From Eledone cirrhosa (lineage: Eukaryota): a stretch of DNA of 64,000 nt. Both the position numbers and the translations under genes were made by a program. Within the stretch, counting starts at the first letter, position 1. Each line of letters starts with the position of its first letter. The DNA is taken from the NCBI GenBank assembly GCA_964016885.1, contig OZ024742.1:13826001-13890000 (forward strand). The letters run 5' to 3'. A model generated the notes under the pieces. The model was not told where the DNA came from. It made no database searches and saw only the letters and a list, made by a program, of their open reading frames with translations. Shown here piece after piece: positions 19,101 to 34,100 of this stretch.

Positions 19101-22100
19101 AGACCTAACCCTAGAAGTGACCACCTGACCTTGTCTAGCCTCCAATGTGAGACCTAACCCTAGAAGTGACCACCTGACCTAGTCTTGCCTCAATGTGAGA
19201 CCAAACCCTAGAAGTGACCACCTGACCTAGTCTAGCCTCAATGTGAGACCTAACCCTAGAAGTGACCACCTAACCTAGTCTAGTTTCAATGTGAAACCTG
19301 ACCCTAAAAGTGACCACCTGACCTAGTCTAGCCTCAATGTGAGACCATCTAACCCTAGAAGTGACCACCTTACCTAGTCTAGTCTCAATTTGAGACCTAA
19401 CCCTAGAAGTGACCACCTGACCTAGTCTAGCCTCAATGTGAGACTTCTAACCCTAGAAGTGACAACCTGACCTAGTGTAAACTCAATGTGAAACCTAACC
19501 CAAGAAGTGACCACCTGACCTAGTCTAGCCTCAATGTGAGACGATCTAACCCAAGAAGTGACCACCTGACCTAGTGTAACCTCAATGAGACCTTCTAACC
19601 CTAGAAGTGACCATCTGACCTAGTCTAGCCTCAATGTGAGACCTAACCCTAGAAGTGACCACCTGACCTCGTCTATCCATAATGTGAGACTATCTAACCC
19701 AAAAAGTGACCACCTGACCTAGTCTAGCCTCAATGTGAGACTTCTAACCCAAGAAGTGACCTAGTGTAACCTCAATGTGTGACCCTCTAACCCTAGAAGT
19801 GACCACCTGACCTAGTCTAGCCTCAATCTGAGAACTAACCCTAGAAGTGACCACCTGACCTAGTCTAGCCTCAATGTGAGACCTAACCCTAGAAGTGACC
19901 ACCTGACCTAGTCTAGCCTCAATGTGAGACCTAACCCTAGAAGTGACCACCTGACCTACTGTAAACTCAATGTGAGACCTATCCTAAGAAGTGACCACCT
20001 GACCTAGTCTAGCCTCAATGTGAGACCATCTAACCCAAGAAGTGACCACCTGACCTAGTGTAACCTCAATGTGAGACCTAACCCTAGAAGTGACCACCTG
20101 ACCTAGTCTAGCCTCAATGTGAGACTAACCCAAGAAGTGACAACCTGACCTAGTCTAGCCTCAATGTGAGACTAGCTAACCCAAGAAGTAACCACCTGAT
20201 GTTGTGTAACCTCAATGTGAGACCTAATCCTAGAAGTGACCACCTGACCTAGTCTAGCCTCAAATGAGACCTAACCCAAGAAGTGACCACCTGACCTAGT
20301 GTAACCTCAATCTGAGACCTAACCCTAGAAGTGACCACCTGACCTAGTTTAGCCTCAATGTGACACCTTCAAACCCTAGAAGTGACCACCTGACCTACTT
20401 TAGCCTCAATGTGAGACCATCTAACCCTAGAAGTGACCACCTGACCTAGTCTAGGTTCGATGTGAGACCTAACCCTAGAAGTGACCACCTGACCTTGTCT
20501 AGCCTCCAATGTGAGACCTAACCCTAGAAGTGACCACCTGACCTAGTCTTGCCTCAATGTGAGACCTAACCCTAGAAGTGACCACCTGACCTAGTCTAGC
20601 CTCAATGTGAGACCTAACCCTAGAAGTGACCACCTAACCTAGTCTAGTTTCAATGTGAAACCTGACCCTAAAAGTGACCACCTGACCTAGTCTAGCCTCA
20701 ATGTGAGACCATCTAACCCTAGAAGTGACCACCTTACCTAGTCTAGTCTCAATTTGAGACCTAACCCTAGAAGTGACCACCTGACCTAGTCTAGCCTCAA
20801 TGTGAGACTTCTAACCCTAGAAGTGACAACCTGACCTAGTGTAAACTCAATGTGAAACCTAACCCAAGAAGTGACCACCTGACCTAGCGTAACCTCAATG
20901 AGACCTTCTAACCCTAGAAGTGACCATCTGACCTAGTCTAGCCTCAATGTGAGACCTAACCCTAGAAGTGACCACCTGACCTCGTCTATCCATAATGTGA
21001 GACTATCTAACCCAAAAAGTGACCACCTGACCTAGTCTAGCCTCAATGTGAGACTTCTAACCCAAGAAGTGACCTAGTGTAACCTCAATGTGTGACCCTC
21101 TAACCCTAGAAGTGACCACCTGACCTAGTCTAGCCTCAATCTGAGACCTAACCCTAGAAGTGACCACCTGACCTAGTCTAGCCTCAATGTGAGACCTAAC
21201 CCTAGAAGTGACCACCTGACCTAGTCTAGCCTCAATGTGAGACCTAACCCTAGAAGTGACCACCTGACCTACTGTAAACTCAATGTGAGACCTATCCTAA
21301 GAAGTGACCACCTGACCTAGTCTAGCCTCAATGTGAGACCATCTAACCCAAGAAGTGACCACCTGACCTAGTGTAACCTCAATGTGAGACCTAACACTAG
21401 CAGTGACCACCTGACCTAGTCTAGCCTCCAATGTGAGACCTTCTAACCCTAGAAGTGACCACCTGACCTAGTCTAGCCTCAATGTAGACCTAACCCTAGA
21501 AGTGACCACCTGACCTAGTCTAGCCTCAATGTGAGACCTAACCATAGAAGTGACCACCTGACCTAGTCTAGCCTCAATGTGAGACCTAAGCCTAGAACTG
21601 ACCACTTGACCTAGTCTAGCCTCAATGTGAGACCTAGCCCTGGAAGTGACCACCTGACCTAGTCTAGCCTCAATGTTAGACTATCTAACCCTAGAAGTGA
21701 CCAGCTGACCTAGTCTAGCCTCAATGTGAGACTTCTAACCCTAGAAGTGACCACCTGACCTAGTCTAGCCTCAATGTGAGACTAACCCAAGAAGTGACAA
21801 CCTGACCTAGTCTAGCCTCAATGTGAGACTAGCTAACCCAAGAAGTAACCACCTGATGTAGTGTAACCTCAATGTGAGACCTAACCCTAGAAGTGACCAC
21901 CTGACCTAGTCTAGCCTCAATCTGAGACCTAACCCTAGAAGTGACCACCTGACCTAGTCTAGCCTCAATGTGAGACCTAACCCTAGAAGTGACCACCTGA
22001 CCTAGTCTAGCCTCAATGTGAGACCTAACCCTAGAAGTGACCACCTGACCTACTGTAAACTCAATGTGAGACCTATCCTAAGAAGTGACCACCTGACCTA

Positions 22101-25100
22101 GTCTAGCCTCAATGTGAGACCATCTAACCCAAGAAGTGACCACCTGACCTAGTGTAACCTCAATGTGAGACCTAACACTAGCAGTGACCACCTGACCTAG
22201 TCTAGCCTCCAATGTGAGACCTTCTAACCCTAGAAGTGACCACCTGACCTAGTCTAGCCTCAATGTAGACCTAACCCTAGAAGTGACCACCTGACCTAGT
22301 CTAGCCTCAATGTGAGACCTAACCATAGAAGTGACCACCTGACCTAGTCTAGCCTCAATGTGAGACCTAAGCCTAGAACTGACCACTTGACCTAGTCTAG
22401 CCTCAATGTGAGACCTAGCCCTGGAAGTGACCACCTGACCTAGTCTAGCCTCAATGTGAGACTAGCTAACCCAAGAAGTAACCACCTGATGTAGTGTAAC
22501 CTCAATGTGAGACCTATCCCTAGAAGTGACCACCTGACCTAGTCTAGCCTCAATCTGAGACCTAACCCATGAAGTGACCACCTGACCTAGTGTAACCTCA
22601 ATCTGAGACCTAACCCTAGTAGTGACCACCTGACCTAGTTTAGCCTCAATGTGACACCTTCAAACCCTAGAAGTGACCACCTGACCTACTTTAGCCTCAA
22701 TGTGAGACCGTCTAACCCTAGAAGTGACCACCTGACCTTGTCTAGCCTCCAATGTGAGACCTAACCATAGAAGTGACCACCTGACCTAGTCTAGCCTCCA
22801 ATGTGAGACCTTCTAACCCTAGAAGTGACCACCTGACCTAGTCTAGCATCAATGTGAGACCTAACCCTAGAAGTGACCACCTGACCTAGTCTAGCCTCAA
22901 TGTTAGCCCTAACCCTAGAAGTGACCACCTGACCTAGTCTAGTTTCAATGTGAGACCTAACCCTAAAAGTGACCACCTGACCTAGTCTAGCCTCAATGTG
23001 AGATCTTCTAACCCTTGAAGTGACCACCTGACCTAGTCTAGCCTCATTGTGAGACCTAATCCAAGAAGTGACCACCTGACCTAGTCTAGTCTCAATGTGA
23101 GACCTAACCCTAGAACTGACCACCTGACCTAGTCTAGCCTCAATGTGAGACTTCTAACCCTAGAAGTGACAACCTGACCTAGTGTAAACTCAATGTGAAA
23201 CCTAACCCAAGAAGTGACCACCTGACCTACTTTAGCCTCAATGTGAGACCATCTATCCCTAGAAGTGACCACCTGACCTAGTCTAGGTTCGATGTGAGAC
23301 CTAACCCTAGAAGTGACCACCTGACCTAGTCTAGCCTCCAATGTGAGACCTTCTAACCCTAGAAGTGACCACCTGACCTAGTCTAGCCTCAATGTTAGAC
23401 CTAACCCTAGAAGTGACCACCTGACCTAGTCTAGCCTCAATGTGAGACCATCTAACCCTAGAAGTGACCACCTTACCTAGTCTAGCCTCAATGTGAGACC
23501 ATCTAACCCTAGAAGTGACCACCTTACCTAGTCTAGTCTCAATGTGAGACCTAACCCTAGAAGTGACCACCTGACCTAGTCTAGCCTGAATGTGAGTCGA
23601 TCTAACCCAAGAAGTCACCACCTGACCTAGTGTAACCTCAATGAGACCTTCTAACCCTAGAAGTGACCATCTGACCTAGTCTAGCCTCAATGTGAGACCT
23701 AACCCTAGAAGTGACCACCTGACCTCGTCTATCCATAATGTGAGACTATCTAACCCAAGAAGTGACCACCTGACCTAGTCTAGCCTCAATGTGAGACTTC
23801 TAACCCAAGAAGTGACCACCTGACCTAGTGTAACCTCAATGTGAGACCCTCTAACCCTAGAAGTGACCACCTGACCTAGTCTAGCCTCAATGTGAGACCT
23901 AAACCTAGAAGTGACCACCTGACATAATCTAGCCTCAATGTGAGACCTAACCCTAGAAGTGACCACCTGACCTAGTCTAGCCTCAATGTGAGATCTTCTA
24001 ACCCTTGAAGTGACCACCTGACCTAGTCTAGCCTCATTGTGAGACCTAACCCAAGAAGTGACCACCTGACCTAATCTAACCTCAATGTGAGACCTTCTAA
24101 CCTTAGCAGTGACCACCTGACTTAGTCTAGCCTCAATGTGAGACCTAACCCTAGAAGTGACCACCTGACCTAGTCTAGCCTCAATGTGAGACTAACCCAA
24201 GAAGTGACAACCTGACCTAGTCTAGCCTCAATGTGAGACTAGCTAAGCCAAGAAGTAACCACCTGATGTAGTGTAACCTCAATGTGAGACCTAACCCTAG
24301 AAGTGACCACCTGATCTAGTCTAGCCTCAATCTGAGACCTAACCCTAGAAGTGACCACCTGACCTAGTTTAGCCTCAATGTGACACCTTCAAACCCTAGA
24401 TGTGACCATCTGACCTACTTTAGCCTCAATGTGAGACCATCTAACCCTAGAAGTGACCACCTGACCTAGTCTAGGTTCGATGTGAGACCTAACCCTAGAA
24501 GTGACCACCTGACCTTGTCTAGCCTCCAATGTGAGACCTAACCCTAGAAGTGACCATCTGACCTCGTCTATCCATAATGTGAGACTCTAACCCAAGAAGT
24601 GACCACCTGACCTAGTCTAGCCTCAATGTGAGACCCTCTAACCCTAGAAGTGACCACCTGACCTAGTCTAGCCTCAATGTGAGACCTAACCCTAGAAGTG
24701 ACCACCTGACCTAATCTAGCCTCAATGTGAGACCTAACCCTAGAAGTGACCACCTGACCTAGTCTAGCCTCAATGTGAGACTAACCCAAGAAGTGACAAC
24801 CTGACCTAGTCTAGCCTCAATGTGAGACTAGCTAACCCAAGAAGTAACCACCTGATGTAGTGTAACCTCAATGTGAGACCTAACCCTAGAAGTGACCACC
24901 TGACCTAGTCTAGCCTCAAATGAGACCTAACCCAAGAAGTGACCACCTGACCTAGTGTAACCTCAATCTGAGACCTAACCCTAGAAGTGACCACCTGACC
25001 TAGTTTAGCCTCAATGTGACACCTTCAAACCCTAGAAGTGACCACCTGACCTACTTTAGCCTCAATGTGAGACCATCTAACCCTAGAAGTGACCACCTGA

Positions 25101-28100
25101 CCTAGTCTAGGTTCGATGTGAGACCTAACCCTAGAAGTGACCACCTGACCTTGTCTAGCCTCCAATGTGAGACCTAACCCTAGAAGTGACCACCTGACCT
25201 AGTCTTGCCTCAATGTGAGACCATCTAACCCTAGAAGTGACCACCTGACCTAGTCTAGCCTCAATGTGAGACCATCTAACCCTAGAAGTGACCACCTTAA
25301 CTAATCTAGTCTCAATGTGAGACCTAACCCTAGAAGTGACCACCTGACCTAGTCTAGCCTCAATGTGAGACTTCTAACCCTAGAAGTGACAACCTGACCT
25401 AGTGTAAACTCAATGTGAAACCTAACCCAAGAAGTGACCACCTGACCTAGTCTAGCCTCAATGTGAGACGATCTAACCCAAGAAGTGACCACCTGACCTA
25501 GTGTAACCTCAATGAGACCTTCTAACCCTAGAAGTGACCATCTGACCTAGTCTAGCCTCAATGTGAGACCTAACCCTAGAAGTGACCACCTGACCTCGTC
25601 TATCCATAATGTGAGACTATCTAACCCAAAAAGTGACCACCTGACCTAGTCTAGCCTCAATGTGAGACTTCTAACACAAGAAGTGACCACGTGACCTAGT
25701 GTAACCTCAATGTGTGACTCTCTAACCCTAGAAGTGACCACCTGACCTAGTCTAGCCTCAATCTGAGACCTAACCCTAGAAGTGACCACCTGACCTAGTC
25801 TAGCCTCAATGTGAGACCTAACCCTAGAAGTGACCACCTGACCTAGTCTAGCCTCAATGTGAGACCTAACCCTAGAAATGACCACCTGACCTACTGTAAA
25901 CTCAATGTGAGACCTATCCTAAGAAGTGACCACCTGACCTAGTCTAGCCTCAATGTGAGACCATCTAACCCAAGAAGTGACCACCTGACCTAGTGTAACC
26001 TCAATGTGAGACCTAACACTAGCAGTGACCACCTGACCTAGTCTAGCCTCCAATGTGAGACCTAACCCTAGAAGTGACCACCTGACCTAGTCTAGCCTCA
26101 ATGTGAGACCTAATCCTAGAAGTGACCACCTGACCTAGTCTAGCCTCAATGTAGACCTAACCCTAGAAGTGACCACCTGACCTAGTCTAGCCTCAATGTA
26201 AGACCTAACCATAGATGTGACCACCTGACCTAGTCTAGCCTCAATGTTAGACTATCTAACCCTAGAAGTGACCAGCTGACCTAGTCTAGCCTCAATGTGA
26301 GACTTCTAACCCTAGAAGTGACCACCTGACCTAGTCTAGCCTCAATGTGAGACTAACCCAAGAAGTGACAACCTGACCTAGTCTAGCCTCAATGTGAGAC
26401 TAGCTAACCCAAGAAGTAACCACCTGATGTAGTGTAACCTCAATGTGAGACCTAACCCTAGAAGTGACCACCTGACCTAGTCTAGCCTCAATCTGAGACC
26501 TAACCCAAGAAGTGACCACCTGACCTAGTGTAACCTCAATCTGAGACCTAACCCTAGAAGTGACCACCTAACCTAGTTTAGCCTCAATGTGACACCTTCA
26601 AACCCTAGAAGTGACCACCTGACCTACTTTAGCCTCAATGTGAGACCGTCTAACCCTAGAAGTGACCACCTGACCTAGTCTAGGTTCGATGTGAGACCTA
26701 ACCCTAGAAGTGACCACCTGACCTTGTCTAGCCTCCAATGTGAGACCTAACCCTAGAAGTGACCACCTGACCTAGTCTAGCCTCCAATGTGAGACCTAAC
26801 CCTAGAAGTGACCACCTGACCTAGTCTAGCATCAATGTGAGACCTAACCCTAGAAGTGACCACCTGACCTAGTCTAGCCTCAATGTTAGCCCTAACCCTA
26901 GAAGTGACCACCTGACCTAGTCTAGTTTCAATGTGAGACCTAACCCTAAAAGTGACCACCTGACCTAGTCTAGCCTCAATGTGAGATCTTCTAACCCTTG
27001 AAGTGACCACCTGACCTAGTCTAGCCTCATTGTGAGACCTAATCCAAGAAGTGACCACCTGACCTAGTCTAGTCTCAATGTGAGACCTAACCCTAGAAGT
27101 GACCACCTGACCTAGTCTAGCCTCAATGTGAGACTTCTAACCCTAGAAGTGACAACCTGACCTAGTGTAAACTCAATGTGAAACCTAACCCAAGGAGTGA
27201 CCACCTGACCTACTTTAGCCTCAATGTGAGACCATCTATCCCTAGAAGTGACCACCTGACCTAGTCTAGGTTCGATGTGAGACCTAACCCTAGAAGTGAC
27301 CACCTGACCTAGTCTAGCCTCCAATGTGAGACCTTCTAACCCTAGAAGTGACCACCTGACCTAGTCTAGCCTCAATGTTAGACCTGACCCTAAAAGTGAC
27401 CACCTGACCTAGTCTAGCCTCAATGTGAGACCATCTAACCCTAGAAGTGACCACCTTACCTAGTCTAGCCTCAATGTGAGACCATCTAACCCTAGAAGTG
27501 ACCACCTGACCTAGTCTAGGTTCGATGTGAGACCTAACCCTAGAAGTGACCACCTGACCTAGTCTAGCCTCCAATGTGAGACCTTCTAACCCTAGAAGTG
27601 ACCACCTGACCTAGTCTAGCCTCAATGTTAGACCTAACCCTAGAAGTGACCACCTGACCTAGTCTAGCCTCAATGTGAGACCATCTAACCCTAGAAGTGA
27701 CCACCTTACCTAGTCTAGCCTCAATGTGAGACCATCTAACCCTAGAAGTGACCACCTTACCTAGTCTAGTCTCAATGTGAGACCTAACCCTAGAAGTGAC
27801 CACCTGACCTAGTCTAGCCTGAATGTGAGTCGATCTAACCCAAGAAGTCACCACCTGACCTAGTGTAACCTCAATGAGACCTTCTAACCCTAGATGTGAC
27901 CATCTGACCTAGTCTAGCCTCAATGTGAGACCTAACCCTAGAAGTGACCACCTGACCTCGTCTATCCATAATGTGAGACTATCTAACCCAAGAAGTGACC
28001 ACCTGACCTAGTCTAGCCTCAATGTGAGACTTCTAACCCAAGAAGTGACCACCTGACCTAGTGTAACCTCAATGTGAGACCCTCTAACCCTAGAAGTGAC

Positions 28101-31100
28101 CACCTGACCTAGTCTAGCCTCAATGTGAGACCTAAACCTAGAAGTGACCACCTGACCTAATCTAGCCTCAATGTGAGACCTAACCCTAGAAGTAACCACC
28201 TGACCTAGTCTAGCCTCAATGTGAGATCTTCTAACCCTTGAAGTGACCACCTGACCTAGTCTAGCCTCATTGTGAGACCTAACCCAAGAAGTGACCACCT
28301 GACCTAATCTAACCTCAATGTGAGACCTTCTAACCTTAGCAGTGACCACCTGACTTAGTCTAGCCTCAATGTGAGACCTAACCCTAGAAGTGACCACCTG
28401 ACCTAGTCTAGCCTCAATGTGAGACTAACCCAAGAAGTGACAACCTGACCTAGTCTAGCCTCAATGTGAGACTAGCTAAGCCAAGAAGTAACCACCTGAT
28501 GTAGTGTAACCTCAATGTGAGACCTAACCCTAGAAGTGACCACCTGATCTAGTCTAGCCTCAATCTGAGACCTAACCCTAGAAGTGACCACCTGACCTAG
28601 TTTAGCCTCAATGTGACACCTTCAAACCCTAGATGTGACCATCTGACCTACTTTAGCCTCAATGTGAGACCATCTAACCCTAGAAGTGACCACCTGACCT
28701 AGTCTAGGTTCGATGTGAGACCTAACCCTAGAAGTGACCACCTGACCTTGTCTAGCCTCCAATGTGAGACCTAACCCTAGAAGTGACCACCTGACCTCGT
28801 CTATCCATAATGTGAGACTCTAACCCAAGAAGTGACCACCTGACCTAGTCTAGCCTCAATGTGAGACTTCTAACCCAAGAAGTGACCAGCTGACCTAGTC
28901 TAGCCTCAATGTGAGACTTCTAACCCTAGAAGTGACCACCTGACCTAGTCTAGCCTCAATGTGAGACTAACCCAAGAAGTGACAACCTGACCTAGTCTAG
29001 CCTCAATGTGAGACTAGCTAACCCAAGAAGTAACCACCTGATGTAGTGTAACCTCAATGTGAGACCTAACCCTAGAAGTGACCACCTGACCTAGTCTAGC
29101 CTCAATCTGAGACCTAACCCTAGAAGTGACCACCTGACCTAGTCTAGCCTCAATGTGAGACCTAACCCTAGAAGTGACCACCTGACCTAGTCTAGCCTCA
29201 ATGTGAGACCTAACCCTAGAAGTGACCACCTGACCTACTGTAAACTCAATGTGAGACCTATCCTAAGAAGTGACCACCTGACCTAGTCTAGCCTCAATGT
29301 GAGACCATCTAACCCAAGAAGTGACCACCTGACCTAGTGTAACCTCAATGTGAGACCTAACACTAGCAGTGACCACCTGACCTAGTCTAGCCTCCAATGT
29401 GAGACCTTCTAACCCTAGAAGTGACCACCTGACCTAGTCTAGCCTCAATGTAGACCTAACCCTAGAAGTGACCACCTGACCTAGTCTAGCCTCAATGTGA
29501 GACCTAACCATAGAAGTGACCACCTGACCTAGTCTAGCCTCAATGTGAGACCTAAGCCTAGAACTGACCACTTGACCTAGTCTAGCCTCAATGTGAGACC
29601 TAGCCCTGGAAGTGACCACCTGACCTAGTCTAGCCTCAATGTTAGACTATCTAACCCTAGAAGTGACCAGCTGACCTAGTCTAGCCTCAATGTGAGACTT
29701 CTAACCCTAGAAGTGACCACCTGACCTAGTCTAGCCTCAATGTGAGACTAACCCAAGAAGTGACAACCTGACCTAGTCTAGCCTCAATGTGAGACTAGCT
29801 AACCCAAGAAGTAACCACCTGATGTAGTGTAACCTCAATGTGAGACCTATCCCTAGAAGTGACCACCTGACCTAGTCTAGCCTCAATCTGAGACCTAACC
29901 CATGAAGTGACCACCTGACCTAGTGTAACCTCAATCTGAGACCTAACCCTAGTAGTGACCACCTGACCTAGTTTAGCCTCAATGTGACACCTTCAAACCC
30001 TAGAAGTGACCACCTGACCTACTTTAGCCTCAATGTGAGACCGTCTAACCCTAGAAGTGACCACCTGACCTTGTCTAGCCTCCAATGTGAGACCTAACCA
30101 TAGAAGTGACCACCTGACCTAGTCTAGCCTCCAATGTGAGACCTTCTAACCCTAGAAGTGACCACCTGACCTAGTCTAGCATCAATGTGAGACCTAACCC
30201 TAGAAGTGACCACCTGACCTAGTCTAGCCTCAATGTTAGCCCTAACCCTAGAAGTGACCACCTGACCTAGTCTAGTTTCAATGTGAGACCTAACCCTAAA
30301 AGTGACCACCTGACCTAGTCTAGCCTCAATGTGAGATCTTCTAACCCTTGAAGTGACCACCTGACCTAGTCTAGCCTCATTGTGAGACCTAATCCAAGAA
30401 GTGACCACCTGACCTAGTCTAGTCTCAATGTGAGACCTAACCCTAGAACTGACCACCTGACCTAGTCTAGCCTCAATGTGAGACTTCTAACCCTAGAAGT
30501 GACAACCTGACCTAGTGTAAACTCAATGTGAAACCTAACCCAAGAAGTGACCACCTGACCTACTTTAGCCTCAATGTGAGACCATCTATCCCTAGAAGTG
30601 ACCACCTGACCTAGTCTAGGTTCGATGTGAGACCTAACCCTAGAAGTGACCACCTGACCTAGTCTAGCCTCCAATGTGAGACCTTCTAACCCTAGAAGTG
30701 ACCACCTGACCTAGTCTAGCCTCAATGTTAGACCTAACCCTAGAAGTGACCACCTGACCTAGTCTAGCCTCAATGTGAGACCATCTAACCCTAGAAGTGA
30801 CCACCTTACCTAGTCTAGCCTCAATGTGAGACCATCTAACCCTAGAAGTGACCACCTTACCTAGTCTAGTCTCAATGTGAGACCTAACCCTAGAAGTGAC
30901 CACCTGACCTAGTCTAGCCTGAATGTGAGTCGATCTAACCCAAGAAGTCACCACCTGACCTAGTGTAACCTCAATGAGACCTTCTAACCCTAGAAGTGAC
31001 CATCTGACCTAGTCTAGCCTCAATGTGAGACCTAACCCTAGAAGTGACCACCTGACCTCGTCTATCCATAATGTGAGACTATCTAACCCAAGAAGTGACC

Positions 31101-34100
31101 ACCTGACCTAGTCTAGCCTCAATGTGAGACCTAAACCTAGAAGTGACCACCTGACATAATCTAGCCTCAATGTGAGACCTAACCCTAGAAGTGACCACCT
31201 GACCTAGTCTAGCCTCAATGTGAGATCTTCTAACCCTTGAAGTGACCACCTGACCTAGTCTAGCCTCATTGTGAGACCTAACCCAAGAAGTGACCACCTG
31301 ACCTAATCTAACCTCAATGTGAGACCTTCTAACCTTAGCAGTGACCACCTGACTTAGTCTAGCCTCAATGTGAGACCTAACCCTAGAAGTGACCACCTGA
31401 CCTAGTCTAGCCTCAATGTGAGACTAACCCAAGAAGTGACAACCTGACCTAGTCTAGCCTCAATGTGAGACTAGCTAAGCCAAGAAGTAACCACCTGATG
31501 TAGTGTAACCTCAATGTGAGACCTAACCCTAGAAGTGACCACCTGATCTAGTCTAGCCTCAATCTGAGACCTAACCCTAGAAGTGACCACCTAACCTAGT
31601 TTAGCCTCAATGTGACACCTTCAAACCCTAGATGTGACCATCTGACCTACTTTAGCCTCAATGTGAGACCATCTAACCCTAGAAGTGACCACCTGACCTA
31701 GTCTAGGTTCGATGTGAGACCTAACCCTAGAAGTGACCACCTGACCTTGTCTAGCCTCCAATGTGAGACCTAACCCTAGAAGTGACCATCTGACCTCGTC
31801 TATCCATAATGTGAGACTCTAACCCAAGAAGTGACCACCTGACCTAGTCTAGCCTCAATGTGAGACTTCTAACCCAAGAAGTGACCACCTGACCTAGTGT
31901 AACCTCAATGTGAGACCCTCTAACCCTAGAAGTGACCACCTGACCTAGTCTAGCCTCAATGTGAGACTAACCCAAGAAGTGACAACCTGATCTAGTCTAG
32001 CCTCAATGTGAGACTAGCTAACCCAAGAAGTAACCACCTGATGTAGTGTAACCTCAATGTGAGACCTAACCCTAGAAGTGACCACCTGACCTAGTCTAGC
32101 CTCAAATGAGACCTAACCCAAGAAGTGACCACCTGACCTAGTGTAACCTCAATCTGAGACCTAACCCTAGAAGTGACCACCTGACCTAGTTTAGCCTCAA
32201 TGTGACACCTTCAAACCCTAGAAGTGACCACCTGACCTACTTTAGCCTCAATGTGAGACCATCTAACCCTAGACGTGACCACCTGACCTAGTCTAGGTTC
32301 GATGTGAGACCTAACCCTAGAAGTGACCACCTGACCTTGTCTAGCCTCCAATGTGAGACCTAACCCTAGAAGTGACCACCTGACCTAGTCTTGCCTCAAT
32401 GTGAGACCATCTAACCCTAGAAGTGACCACCTGACCTAGTCTAGCCTCAATGTGAGACCATCTAACCCTAGAAGTGACCACCTTAACTAATCTAGTCTCA
32501 ATGTGAGACCTAACCCTAGAAGTGACCACCTGACCTAGTCTAGCCTCAATGTGAGACTTCTAACCCTAGAAGTGACAACCTGACCTAGTGTAAACTCAAT
32601 GTGAAACCTAACCCAAGAAGTGACCACCTGACCTAGTCTAGCCTCAATGTGAGACGATCTAACCCAAGAAGTGACCACCTGACCTAGTGTAACCTCAATG
32701 AGACCTTCTAACCCTAGAAGTGACCATCTGACCTAGTCTAGCCTCAATGTGAGACCTAACCCTAGAAGTGACCACCTGACCTCGTCTATCCATAATGTGA
32801 GACTATCTAACCCAAAAAGTGACCACCTGACCTAGTCTAGCCTCAATGTGAGACTTCTAACACAAGAAGTGACCACGTGACCTAGTGTAACCTCAATGTG
32901 TGACCCTCTAACCCTAGAAGTGACCACCTGACCTAGTCTAGCCTCAATCTGAGACCTAACCCTAGAAGTGACCACCTGACCTAGTCTAGCCTCAATGTGA
33001 GACCTAACCCTAGAAGTGACCACCTGACCTAGTCTAGCCTCAATGTGAGACCTAACCCTAGAAATGACCACCTGACCTACTGTAAACTCAATGTGAGACC
33101 TATCCTAAGAAGTGACCACCTGACCTAGTCTAGCCTCAATGTGAGACCATCTAACCCAAGAAGTGACCACCTGACCTAGTGTAACCTCAATGTGAGACCT
33201 AACACTAGCAGTGACCACCTGACCTAGTCTAGCCTCCAATGTGAGACCTTCTAACCCTAGAAGTGACCACCTGACCTAGTCTAGCCTCAATGTGAGACCT
33301 AATCCTAGAAGTGACCACCTGACCTAGTCTAGCCTCAATGTAGACCTAACCCTAGAAGTGACCACCTGACCTAGTCTAGCCTCAATGTGAGACCTAACCA
33401 TAGAAGTGACCACCTGACCTAGTCTAGCCTCAATGTTAGACTATCTAACCCTAGAAGTGACCAGCTGACCTAGTCTAGCCTCAATGTGAGACTTCTAACC
33501 CTAGAAGTGACCACCTGACCTAGTCTAGCCTCAATGTGAGACTAACCCAAGAAGTGACAACCTGACCTAGTCTAGCCTCAATGTGAGACTAGCTAACCCA
33601 AGAAGTAACCACTTGATGTAGTGTAACCTCAATGTGAGACCTAACCCTAGAAGTGACCACCTGACCTAGTCTAGCCTCAATCTGAGACCTAACCCAAGAA
33701 GTGACCACCTGACCTAGTGTAACCTCAATCTGAGACCTAACCCTAGAAGTGACCACCTGACCTAGTTTAGCCTCAATGTGACACCTTCAAACCCTAGAAG
33801 TGACCACCTGACCTACTTTAGCCTCAATGTGAGACCGTCTAACCCTAGAAGTGACCACCTGACCTAGTCTAGGTTCGATGTGAGACCTAACCCTAGAAGT
33901 GACCACCTGACCTTGTCTAGCCTCCAATGTGAGACCTAACCCTAGAAGTGACCACCTGACCTAGTCTAGCCTCCAATGTGAGACCTTCTAACCCTAGAAG
34001 TGACCACCTGACCTAGTCTAGCATCAATGTGAGACCTAACCCTAGAAGTGACCACCTGACCTAGTCTAGCCTCAATGTTAGCCCTAACCCTAGAAGTGAC